64,000 nucleotides of DNA from an uncultured delta proteobacterium (GTDB taxonomy: Bacteria; Myxococcota_A; Polyangia; Polyangiales; Polyangiaceae). The position numbers and the translations under genes are program-made. Below are positions 1 through 8,118 of this stretch, in pieces (the stretch's first letter is position 1; the number at the start of each line of letters is the position of its first letter). Location: positions 418,601-482,600 of the forward strand of contig CAVQUB010000002.1 of assembly GCA_963716725.1 (NCBI GenBank), read 5' to 3'. The notes beneath the pieces were generated by a model. That model was not told the DNA's origin. It searched no databases and saw only the letters and a list, made by a program, of their open reading frames with translations.

Positions 1-35
1 GGTGGCCGGCTCTTGGGCTTCGGCTGAGCAATGGC

Positions 36-914
36 TCAGAAGCGCCCGTGGACCGTGGCGAAGCCGCCGCCGGGACGCGCCGCGAGATCCACTCGGAATC
101 GCTTGGCCTGCTCCGCTGCCGCTTCCGACTTCTTCCCGGGTGCGAGCAACAGATAAGTGCCAACTCCGAGCGATACGATCCCGACTCCGAGGGCGATGTC
201 CGCGTAGAGGTACTTCTTCTGGATGGGGTCGAGTTCGCTGTCCGAGCAGGTCTTCGAGTCCGCACACTCGAGCTTGTCTTGATCGCTCTTTCCGCTCAAA
301 CCGAAATAGGCAAAGCCGCCGAGGCCCACGGCGCCGACGCCCATGAGCACATAGGCCAGCGTCTTGCTGCCCTTGACCTGGTCCGTGCTGACGGTGGTCG
401 CCCCCGTCTCGGTGCTGCCCGCATCCGTCTGATCCGACTTCGGCACCTCGTACGCGAGCTGGATCTGTTGGGCCTTGGCGCCTTCTTTCACCACGAACTT
501 GAGCTCTTTGACCCCGTGCTTCGCGCTCTCGAAAACGAAGGTGTGCGTGCCCGGATCGACGGGTAGCGCCTTGCCATCGAGGGTCTCGGCCAAGACCTTG
601 TCTCCAACCGAAACCTTGACGTCACTCAGTTCTTCGCTGCCAAACTTGGCGCTGAAGACCACGGTCGGGATCGAGCCTTCTACGTCGGAGAGCCACTTCG
701 AGCAGTCCTTCTTGATGAACGACGGACAGGCCGCCTGCGAACAGGTGACCAAGCTCTCCTTCGCCGCAAGTAGTTTCCCGCCGCTTCGCTGCTCCTGCGA
801 CGCCTCGTAGGCTTTGGCACAGTCCGCCTTGGCGTCGGCGCCGGCAGGGCGAGCGACGGACACCAGCGCCAGCACCAGCGCCACCAGGATCCCACGCAGA
901 AAGTAGACCTGCAT
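36..914 (-). CDS. Secreted/membrane protein: Cys-containing helical N-domain, PEGA-like beta domain, C-terminal hydrophobic segments
   Basis: Real start is probably ATG 914 (MQVYFLRGILVALVLALVSVARPAGA, signal peptide) within ORF 36..1745. Contains CAKAYEASQ...CSQAACPSFIKKDC, the PEGA-like strand ALPVDPGTHTFVFE, two hydrophobic helices, and ends VHGRF. Confidence 0.75.
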   Translation of the reverse strand: MQVYFLRGILVALVLALVSVARPAGADAKADCAKAYEASQEQRSGGKLLAAKESLVTCSQAACPSFIKKDCSKWLSDVEGSIPTVVFSAKFGSEELSDVKVSVGDKVLAETLDGKALPVDPGTHTFVFESAKHGVKELKFVVKEGAKAQQIQLAYEVPKSDQTDAGSTETGATTVSTDQVKGSKTLAYVLMGVGAVGLGGFAYFGLSGKSDQDKLECADSKTCSDSELDPIQKKYLYADIALGVGIVSLGVGTYLLLAPGKKSEAAAEQAKRFRVDLAARPGGGFATVHGRF

Positions 915-961
915 CACGCCGCAGCTTAGCGCATCTGGGACCCGCCTCGACAAGATCGGGC

Positions 962-2575
962 TCACATGCAGCCGGGTTTCACCCGGCGCACTCCGTTCTT
1001 GTCGATGGTGTACGGAGGATCGCAACTGTCTGCGGCGGGTTTCGGCGTCTTCACCACCGGTTTCTTGGTCCCGGCGGGCGGCTTGTTCTGGGGCTTGGGC
1101 GGAGGCGTCGGCTCGGGCTTCGATGCGACCGTTGCCGCGGGCGCTTCGACGCTCGCGGGCGGAGGCGCGACGACCGGCGTCGGCGTCGGCTCGGGCGTCG
1201 GAACCGCCGGCGTCATGTCCGCGGCGGCGGTGGTGGTCGGATCCGGGGGCAGAACCTCGGCTTCGGGCTTCCTGCGCGCCATCAGCATCACGATGAGCAC
1301 CACGGTCGCGACGGCCATCGCGAAGGCGATGCCGATGAGCGCAGCGACGAGACGGCGTCCGGCCGGCGGCGCGGAGTGCGCCACCGACATGCCGGACGCG
1401 TGGGTCGGGAGAGTCTCGACCGACGGCCGTGAAATCCCGGTAACGTGAGAGACTTGCGACGGCGACGTGACCGGTTCGCCGGAGGGCCCCACGGGCCAGC
1501 TCATCGCAACCGGCGCCACCGGCTGCGGTAGACCCAGCAATGCCGGGTGGGACGGGCTGGAGACGGGGATCGCATCGACCGCTCGGATGTGCGAGAGCGA
1601 CCCGCTCTCGATCTCTGCGACCTGGCGTGCGCGTTTCCCGATCGTCTCTTCGCCGATGCGCTCGGCCCACTCGCCGACCTCGCGAGACATGGCCATGGGC
1701 CCGGCGTGCTCGAGCGCGATGGCCAACTCGCGCGCGGTGGGCCAACGCGCGTCAGGATCGCGGTCGAGGGTGCGCATCACGATGGCGTCGAGATGAGTCG
1801 GCACGCTGGCTTCGACGCTGGACGGCGTCGGGATCTCGGACTGGAGCAGCTTGGCCATGACCTCGCCGGGATCATCGCCGTCGAAGAGGCGGCGCCCCGT
1901 GAGCGTTTCCCACAGCACGATGCCCGCCGCGAAGACGTCAGTACGCCGATCGACGCCCTTGCCCCGCAGTTGCTCGGGGGCCATGTAGCTGACTTTGCCC
2001 TTCATCTGACCGTCGCGGGTCGAGGTGACGCGAGCGGCCGCCTTGGCGACTCCGAAGTCGAGGACTCGGGCGGAGCCATCGGCGCCGACCAAGATGTTCT
2101 GCGGGCTGATGTCCCGGTGGACGATGTTCAGCGGCGTTCCCTGTTCGCTCTTGGCCTCGTGAGCGGCGTGCAGGCCGTGCAGCGCACCCGCTATGATGGC
2201 GAGGGCGATGCGCGGTGGCACGAGCTCGCCCTGCCGTCGCGCCGCGCGGATCAGCTTCGAGAGCGCCTCGCCATGCACGTACTCCATGACGAGGAAGACC
2301 TCGTCGTCGAGCGGCACCACGTCGAGGGTGCTGACCACGTTCGGATGCTGAATGCGGGCTGCGAGCCGGGCCTCATCCAAGAACATGGAAACGAAATCGG
2401 GATCTTTGGCGAACTGCGGGTGCAGTCGCTTGACGGCCACTGTTCGAGAGAACCCAACAGCACCAACCAATCTGCCAAAGTGCACGGTGGCCATCCCGCC
2501 GGCGGCGATCTCACCGTAGAGCGCGTAGCGCCCGACGATGCGCGGCTCCTGAAGGGGCACGGCACTGACTTGCAT
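962..2575 (-). CDS. Membrane-anchored Hanks-type Ser/Thr protein kinase
   Basis: IAAGGMATV, VAVK, HRDISPQN, DFG and APE motifs; TM helix LVAALIGIAFAMAVATVVLIVMLMA; Pro-rich stalk; C-terminal CDPPYTIDKNGVRRVKPGC. Start ATG 2575 inferred. Confidence 0.93.
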   Translation of the reverse strand: MQVSAVPLQEPRIVGRYALYGEIAAGGMATVHFGRLVGAVGFSRTVAVKRLHPQFAKDPDFVSMFLDEARLAARIQHPNVVSTLDVVPLDDEVFLVMEYVHGEALSKLIRAARRQGELVPPRIALAIIAGALHGLHAAHEAKSEQGTPLNIVHRDISPQNILVGADGSARVLDFGVAKAAARVTSTRDGQMKGKVSYMAPEQLRGKGVDRRTDVFAAGIVLWETLTGRRLFDGDDPGEVMAKLLQSEIPTPSSVEASVPTHLDAIVMRTLDRDPDARWPTARELAIALEHAGPMAMSREVGEWAERIGEETIGKRARQVAEIESGSLSHIRAVDAIPVSSPSHPALLGLPQPVAPVAMSWPVGPSGEPVTSPSQVSHVTGISRPSVETLPTHASGMSVAHSAPPAGRRLVAALIGIAFAMAVATVVLIVMLMARRKPEAEVLPPDPTTTAAADMTPAVPTPEPTPTPVVAPPPASVEAPAATVASKPEPTPPPKPQNKPPAGTKKPVVKTPKPAADSCDPPYTIDKNGVRRVKPGCM

Positions 2576-2602
2576 GGACAGCGTCCAGGGTATCAGACCG
2601 AG

Positions 2603-3286
2603 ATGGCCTCTGGTAATCAAGGGCCGAAAGTGGCCGCGCGTCGCACCTACACTGGAGCCGAACCCGGCGGCCCCTTTTGCCGACTTCCGCGTGAGTTCTA
2701 CGCGGGTTCGGTGCTCGAAGTGGCGCGGGCCGCGGTGGGCAAGCTGCTCGTGCACGAGGGCCGAGGCAAGACGCTGGTCGGTCGCATCGTCGAGACCGAG
2801 GCCTACCGCGGCCCGGAAGATCTTGCGGCTCACAGCGCGGGGGGCCGCCGCACCGCCCGGAACGAGGCCATGTGGGGGGAGCCCGGGCACGCCTATGTCT
2901 TCCTGGTGTACGGCCTGCACTGGCACGTGAACTTGGTCACCGGGCGCGCCGGCGAACCCCACGCGGTGCTGATCCGCGCCGTGGAGCCCGTCGCGGGGAT
3001 CGAGCTCATGGCCCGCCGACGCAAGATGGCGCCGGATCGTCGCGAACTCACCAACGGCCCCGGGAAGCTCTGCGCCGCCTTTGGGATCGATCGCCGACAC
3101 GATCGGGTCGACCTGACCGAGGGAGGGCGGCTGTATCTCGCGGACGCGCCCAGGGCCCGGGTGACCTCCGCCCGCCGCATCGGCATCGACTACGCGGGCG
3201 CCTGGGCGAAACGGCCGTGGCGTTTCCTGGAACCCGGAAACCGCTACGTGTCTCGCCCGCCCGAAGGTAGGCTGCGCTGCGAATGA
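2603..3286 (+). CDS. mpg: DNA-3-methyladenine glycosylase (MPG/AAG family)
   Basis: GRIVETEAY, AAHS, GHAYV..VYGLH, AVLIRAVEP, LTNGPGKLCAAFGI, RIGI, PWRF motifs; start approximate. Confidence 0.92.
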   Translation: MASGNQGPKVAARRTYTGAEPGGPFCRLPREFYAGSVLEVARAAVGKLLVHEGRGKTLVGRIVETEAYRGPEDLAAHSAGGRRTARNEAMWGEPGHAYVFLVYGLHWHVNLVTGRAGEPHAVLIRAVEPVAGIELMARRRKMAPDRRELTNGPGKLCAAFGIDRRHDRVDLTEGGRLYLADAPRARVTSARRIGIDYAGAWAKRPWRFLEPGNRYVSRPPEGRLRCE

Positions 3287-4572
3287 CGGCGCGTGCTCCC
3301 TCCCAACGGCCGCCCCCTCGGTCCCAACCGCCGGCCCCACTCGAACGTCGCGGCGGCCAGTTGCGCGAACGTCGGATCACCCTCGCGGTTTCCGGAAGCA
3401 TCGCGGCCTTCAAATCCGTTGCCGTCGCCCGGCTGCTGGTCACCGAAGGCGCCCGAGTGCGAACGCTGTTCACTCGCTCGGCGAGCCACTTCGTGGGCGC
3501 GGCCACCTTCGCCGGAATCACCGGCGCGCCGGTGCTCTCGGACATGTTCGACCCCAACGTGCCGGGTGAGCTCCACGTCGACATCGCGAGCAAGACCGAC
3601 TTGATGTTGATCGTGCCCGCCACCGCCGATCTGCTGGCGCGGCTGGCAGCGGGGCGCGCGGACGATCTCGTGGCCGCAACGGCGCTGTGCTGCACCTGTC
3701 CCGTGCTGGTCGCGCCCGCGATGCACCCGGCGATGTGGGCGCACCCGGCAACGCAGCGAAATGTCGAAACACTGGCCACCGACGGGCGCGTCGAACGCGT
3801 AGGACCCGTCTACGGTGAAGTGGCCTCGGGGGAACACGGGATTGGCCGAATGTCCGAACCGGAAGCCATTGTCGAGGCTGCGCTCGTCGCGTTGTCCCCA
3901 CACGACCTGGGCGGCCGCCACATCGTGGTCACCGCGGGGCCCACCATCGAAGACATCGATCCGGTGCGCTTCTTGAGCAACCGATCCAGCGGAAAGATGG
4001 GCTTCGCCGTGGCCGCACGCGCCGCGGCGCGCGGCGCGCGAGTGACGCTGATCGCAGGCCCCACAGGTCTTCCTTCGCCCCATGGGGTCAATCGTGTCGA
4101 CGTGCGCAGCGCCATCGCGATGCGTGGCGCCGTGTGGCAGGCCTTGGGTCCGGACCTCTCCGCCGCCGATGCCTTGGTGATGGCGGCAGCGGTCGGCGAC
4201 TATCGGCCCGCCGAGACTCACGCGACGAAGCTGAAGCGCCAGGCCGAGCGGCTCCAGCTCGAGCTGAGCCAGAACCCCGACATCTTGGCTGAGATCGGCG
4301 CCGCGCGCGCCGGAGCCCGCCCGGTGTTGGTGGGCTTCGCCGTCGAGGCCGACGAAGGCGACAAAGTGGTCGCCTTCGCCCGCGGCAAGCTGGACGCCAA
4401 GCGCGTTGATATCGTGGTCGCCAACCACGCGGACGACGCATTCGGGAAGGACGACAACCGCGTGACTCTGGTCACTCGCGAAGGAGTCCAGGCGCTGGCA
4501 CGCGGGAAGAAGATCGAGCTCGCCGACCCGATCCTCGACTTTGTCGCGCGGAAATTGGACGAGCTGCGCTGA
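3283..4572 (+). CDS. coaBC: Bifunctional phosphopantothenoylcysteine decarboxylase/synthase
   Basis: VSGSIAAFK, PATAD, APAMH..M, VTAGPTIEDIDPVRFLSNRSSGKMG, AAVGDY, NPDIL, VGFAVE, IVVAN; ATGA overlap with mpg stop. Confidence 0.96.
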   Translation: MTARAPSQRPPPRSQPPAPLERRGGQLRERRITLAVSGSIAAFKSVAVARLLVTEGARVRTLFTRSASHFVGAATFAGITGAPVLSDMFDPNVPGELHVDIASKTDLMLIVPATADLLARLAAGRADDLVAATALCCTCPVLVAPAMHPAMWAHPATQRNVETLATDGRVERVGPVYGEVASGEHGIGRMSEPEAIVEAALVALSPHDLGGRHIVVTAGPTIEDIDPVRFLSNRSSGKMGFAVAARAAARGARVTLIAGPTGLPSPHGVNRVDVRSAIAMRGAVWQALGPDLSAADALVMAAAVGDYRPAETHATKLKRQAERLQLELSQNPDILAEIGAARAGARPVLVGFAVEADEGDKVVAFARGKLDAKRVDIVVANHADDAFGKDDNRVTLVTREGVQALARGKKIELADPILDFVARKLDELR

Positions 4573-5240
4573 TGCGACCCATCGTCGTGGTGGTGATGGT
4601 CGTCGCCGCAGCCAACGCCTTCGCGTTCCGGTTGGACCTGGCCGGCACTTGGAAATTCTGGGCGGGACTCGGCATTCCCTACGCGCTGCTCGCGGCCTGG
4701 GCGCTCCACACACTTCGGGCCTCCGGCAAGCTCATCAAGGTGCTCACCCCGCGTTGGGGTGATCTCAGCCTCGGCTTCGTGACGGCCGCAGTTTTGCTCG
4801 GCGCGTCGCTGACGGCTCGCAGCGTCCTCGTGCCCACGGGCACGGAGCGGCACCTGTGGTTCCTGCGCCTCTACGCCCAGGTGGGCGACGCGGACGCTGT
4901 TCAGCGTTCGCTGGCGCTGACTGCGACGCTGCTCGCCATCGCGTTGGCCGAAGAGCTCGCGTGGCGGGGCTACGTCCTGCCGGCCGCAGAAGAGCGCTTC
5001 GGCTCGCGCCTCGGCTGGCTGGCGGCGGCGCTGGCCTACGCAGTCGCCCACATTCCGTCCGTCTTTGCCTTGTCGGACAAGGTAGCCGGTCCGAACCCGT
5101 TGCTGCTGATGGCCGCGCTCGGGGCGGGGCTGGTTTGGACCTTCACCGTCAAGGTGACCCGCCGCCTGCCGCCGGTCATCATCTCGCACCTGGCGTTTTC
5201 GTACTTCTCGGTCGTCCAGTTTCGCTGGCCTGGCATGTGA
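4572..5240 (+). CDS. CPBP (CAAX/Abi) family intramembrane metalloprotease
   Basis: Multi-TM; AEELAWRG, YAVAH, ISHLAF motifs; TGATG overlap with coaBC. Confidence 0.85.
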   Translation: MRPIVVVVMVVAAANAFAFRLDLAGTWKFWAGLGIPYALLAAWALHTLRASGKLIKVLTPRWGDLSLGFVTAAVLLGASLTARSVLVPTGTERHLWFLRLYAQVGDADAVQRSLALTATLLAIALAEELAWRGYVLPAAEERFGSRLGWLAAALAYAVAHIPSVFALSDKVAGPNPLLLMAALGAGLVWTFTVKVTRRLPPVIISHLAFSYFSVVQFRWPGM

Positions 5241-5250
5241 GCGGCGCGAC

Positions 5251-8118
5251 CTATCCGGACGCGACTGGAGCAACGCAGTGGGTGAGCATCAGTTCGTAGA
5301 CGACTCGGCGCACCACGTCGGGATCGTGTCCCAACTCCAGAAGATCCGGAACCGAGAGCGGGGCGTCGGAAATTGCGACTGCCACGGCCAGCTCCGGCTG
5401 CTCGAAATGGAAGCTCACCAGATCGGCCTCGGCGTGGAGCCGCAGCGCAGCGCCGCCGAGCCGCACCAGCAGCTGATCCATGGCGTTCTCTTCGGGGTGC
5501 TCGCGCAGCCCCCTCGACAGCGCCCCGAGGGGCGACGTCACCCCGCCCACCTCGCCCCAAATCGGCTTCAGCAAGTCGAAGCCGTTGTAGAAAGCGTAGC
5601 GGGTCGCGGGCGGGAGGCCGAACAGGCTGCTCAGTCGCTCGGCGACCTGCTCGTTTCGCACCTCCGCGATTTGCTCCAGGCGAACCAACCCGGACGCCAA
5701 GAGCTCCGCCTCGAGGGTCGCTTCATGGGTCGGCGGCTGAGTGATCGGATCGCCTTCTAGCTGGGTCTGTTCGAGCACGCCAAACGCCACCAGCATCGAA
5801 CCAAGCGACGCAATTCGTTTGCCGGTATGGACCTTGGTGGGCAGCCCATCTTCGAAGTACACGGCATGCTCGACCGGCTCGTCGCCCTCGTCGTCGCAGG
5901 GTTCGGTCAGGTGCAGAGTGCCTCCGAGTGCGCGGTCCAACACGTAGAGAAAGACGTTCGAGAACGGCGTGCGCTCGAGCGATCCGCTGGCGCTCGGCGC
6001 GTGAGTCGAGTCTGCCGCGTCAGCGCCGACCTCTGGGAGCGGCGGCAGCGTGGCGGGCGCGCGGCGCCAATGCGAAGACGGGTCGGAGGGATCGGCTGCC
6101 ACCAGCTCGGCCTCGTCGGGGATCAGCTCTTCGAGTTCGTCGAGCGGGACGCTGGACGGACGTCGGGAGAGCCGCTGACTCATCCTGCGCGGCGGCGCGC
6201 CCGAGGTTGACCTCGTGACGGGCGCCGGCTGCGTGACGGGCGCCGGCTGCGTGACGGGTGCCGGCTGCGTGACGGGCGCCGGCTGCGTGACGGGCGCCGA
6301 CGGAGTCGGGAGCCGCTCGTCGTCCCAGTCGTCCGAGCGGGGATCGCGCCGCGTCGCCGGGGCTTCGACCACATCGACGATGGACGCTCGGGCGCGCCTG
6401 GCAGGGGCGGTCGCTGACGACGGCGGGGCCGAGTCCGGCACCGAGTCAGCCCCTTCTGGCGGGGCGGGAGTGACCTCGAGGCGCTGCGCCGACGGCGCTC
6501 TCGGTCGCGCGGTCTCGCGGTCGAAGTCCACCTCTGGCGCCGACGGCGCTCGCGCACCAGCAGGTAGCGGCTCGCTCACACGGGCCAACGACGCCCTCCG
6601 AGAGTCAGTGCTCGACGAAGGAGGCGACTCGGCCTGCCTCGCACCCGGCAATGCTTCGCCGGCGACGGCTCGACAGGCCTCGAGCAAGGTCGCGTCCGGA
6701 TTGGTGATCACCCGGACGACTCGCCGGTTTTCATCGCCCGCGAGGTCGAGAGCCACCTTCATCCGAAGCGGCTTGCCCGCCGCGTCGTAGACCAGACGCA
6801 CGGTGGGCCGCGGGTAGTCCGCGGGGTGGTCCGGCGTGCGCAGAACCACCGCGCTCTCGCCCGTCGAGAGCGCCACCGGCGTGCCGCGAGGAAAGACTCC
6901 GACCGCTGCGATCAACAGGGCGATCATCGCCTGATCGACGGCGTCACGAGCTTCGTCTCTCATGGTCGCGATGGCGTCGTCCACGGTCGGCGGCTGGCTC
7001 GCCGCCAGATCCGCCTCCATCAGTTGGTTGAATCGCTGCGCGGTCGCGACGATGCGCGCGGCGACCATCGGTCGATACTGCCCGTCGTACATCGGGCCCA
7101 GCTCTGCTGCTTGGCGCAGCCATTGAGCCTCGTAAGCGATCACGGTCCGCACCCTGGATGCCTCCCGGACGTGCCCTAGCGCGGTGAGTACTGCGGCGGT
7201 GGCGGCGGGCAACCGCTGCCGGGCAGCGTCCGTCATCCGAGCCGCACGGAGCTCGCCGCCCTTGCCCGCGACGCCCGTGACGAGCGGGGTCGCTACGTCC
7301 AGGAACAGCGCTGACATCGCAATGCGGGACAGAGTTGCGAGATCGGTGGTCAGCTGTCGGCCCATCGACACCGCCAGGATCGAGCGGTTCACCGAGCGCC
7401 CGGCCGCGTCGTGGTTGAGGTTGCGCATGGCGGTGACGCCCAAGAACGCCGGCGTGTCACCCTCCGAGAGCATCACCAACCGTTGCGCCAGACGCTTCAC
7501 TTGATTGGGGAGCTGATAGCGGGCTTCGCCCAGGTTCTCGTAGACGCGTCGCATCACCACCACCGTGGTGGCGTAAGTCCGGAGGATTTGATCTTCCGGA
7601 GACATGTCTTGATCGTTCTCGTCGAGGCGCGCTGCGCTCACGTAGCGGAGGCGAACGGCGGGCGAGGGATCGAGCACGCCATGCTCGGCTTTGGTCTTCA
7701 TCGGCGGCTGAAACAGCCTCGCCAACTCTCTCAGGTCAGCGCGCTCGGCATGCGTCTGGATGCTGAGCTGAGTCACTCCCAGCCGGTGGACCATGGCGCT
7801 CAACTCGAGCGCAGCTTCGTACTCCGACCTGGACGCTTTGAGCAGCTGGCCGCAAACGAAGACGGTGCTTTTCGCAAACAGCAGGGTGAGCGGTTCGCCG
7901 CTTTGCGCTCCGAAGACCTTCAGCGCCTCCACCGTCTGGTCGAGTTGCTGCAAGAACGCCATGTTGTCGAGCGCGTGAAATTGAGCGACTTTCAGCAGTC
8001 GGAAAATCTGCCGAGCCAGCGCCGAGCCGAGCTCGCGAGTCTGCTGCCGTTGGGCCAGCTCGGCCACGTTCCTCAGCACCAGCTGAGACGGCTCTAGCGG
8101 CAGGCCCTGCGAGTTCAT
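5251..8118 (-). CDS. Degenerate HD-GYP-like protein with low-complexity linker and C-terminal DUF4388-like domain
   Basis: HD-GYP-like scaffold (SVNRSILAVSMGRQL, ALFLDVA, YEAQ, ARIVATAQRF, GVFPRGTPVALSTGESAVV); C-terminal SGSLERTPFSNVFLYVLDRALGGTLHL...VYFEDGLP. ATG 8118 overlaps the upstream TGA (ATGA). Confidence 0.75.
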   Translation of the reverse strand: MNSQGLPLEPSQLVLRNVAELAQRQQTRELGSALARQIFRLLKVAQFHALDNMAFLQQLDQTVEALKVFGAQSGEPLTLLFAKSTVFVCGQLLKASRSEYEAALELSAMVHRLGVTQLSIQTHAERADLRELARLFQPPMKTKAEHGVLDPSPAVRLRYVSAARLDENDQDMSPEDQILRTYATTVVVMRRVYENLGEARYQLPNQVKRLAQRLVMLSEGDTPAFLGVTAMRNLNHDAAGRSVNRSILAVSMGRQLTTDLATLSRIAMSALFLDVATPLVTGVAGKGGELRAARMTDAARQRLPAATAAVLTALGHVREASRVRTVIAYEAQWLRQAAELGPMYDGQYRPMVAARIVATAQRFNQLMEADLAASQPPTVDDAIATMRDEARDAVDQAMIALLIAAVGVFPRGTPVALSTGESAVVLRTPDHPADYPRPTVRLVYDAAGKPLRMKVALDLAGDENRRVVRVITNPDATLLEACRAVAGEALPGARQAESPPSSSTDSRRASLARVSEPLPAGARAPSAPEVDFDRETARPRAPSAQRLEVTPAPPEGADSVPDSAPPSSATAPARRARASIVDVVEAPATRRDPRSDDWDDERLPTPSAPVTQPAPVTQPAPVTQPAPVTQPAPVTRSTSGAPPRRMSQRLSRRPSSVPLDELEELIPDEAELVAADPSDPSSHWRRAPATLPPLPEVGADAADSTHAPSASGSLERTPFSNVFLYVLDRALGGTLHLTEPCDDEGDEPVEHAVYFEDGLPTKVHTGKRIASLGSMLVAFGVLEQTQLEGDPITQPPTHEATLEAELLASGLVRLEQIAEVRNEQVAERLSSLFGLPPATRYAFYNGFDLLKPIWGEVGGVTSPLGALSRGLREHPEENAMDQLLVRLGGAALRLHAEADLVSFHFEQPELAVAVAISDAPLSVPDLLELGHDPDVVRRVVYELMLTHCVAPVASG
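6214..6299. repeat. 18-bp tandem repeat (about 4.8 copies) encoding (PVTQPA)n
   Basis: cgtgacgggcgccggctg repeated four times plus a partial copy, one c>t variant. Confidence 0.95.

Noticed and set aside
1547..2602. Long N-terminal extension of the mpg ORF (1547..3286 +)
   Set aside because: Antisense shadow of the kinase gene; glycosylase motifs begin only after about 2660.
6214..6299. Possible CRISPR array
   Set aside because: Head-to-tail repeats with no spacers, in frame within a CDS, and no cas genes.
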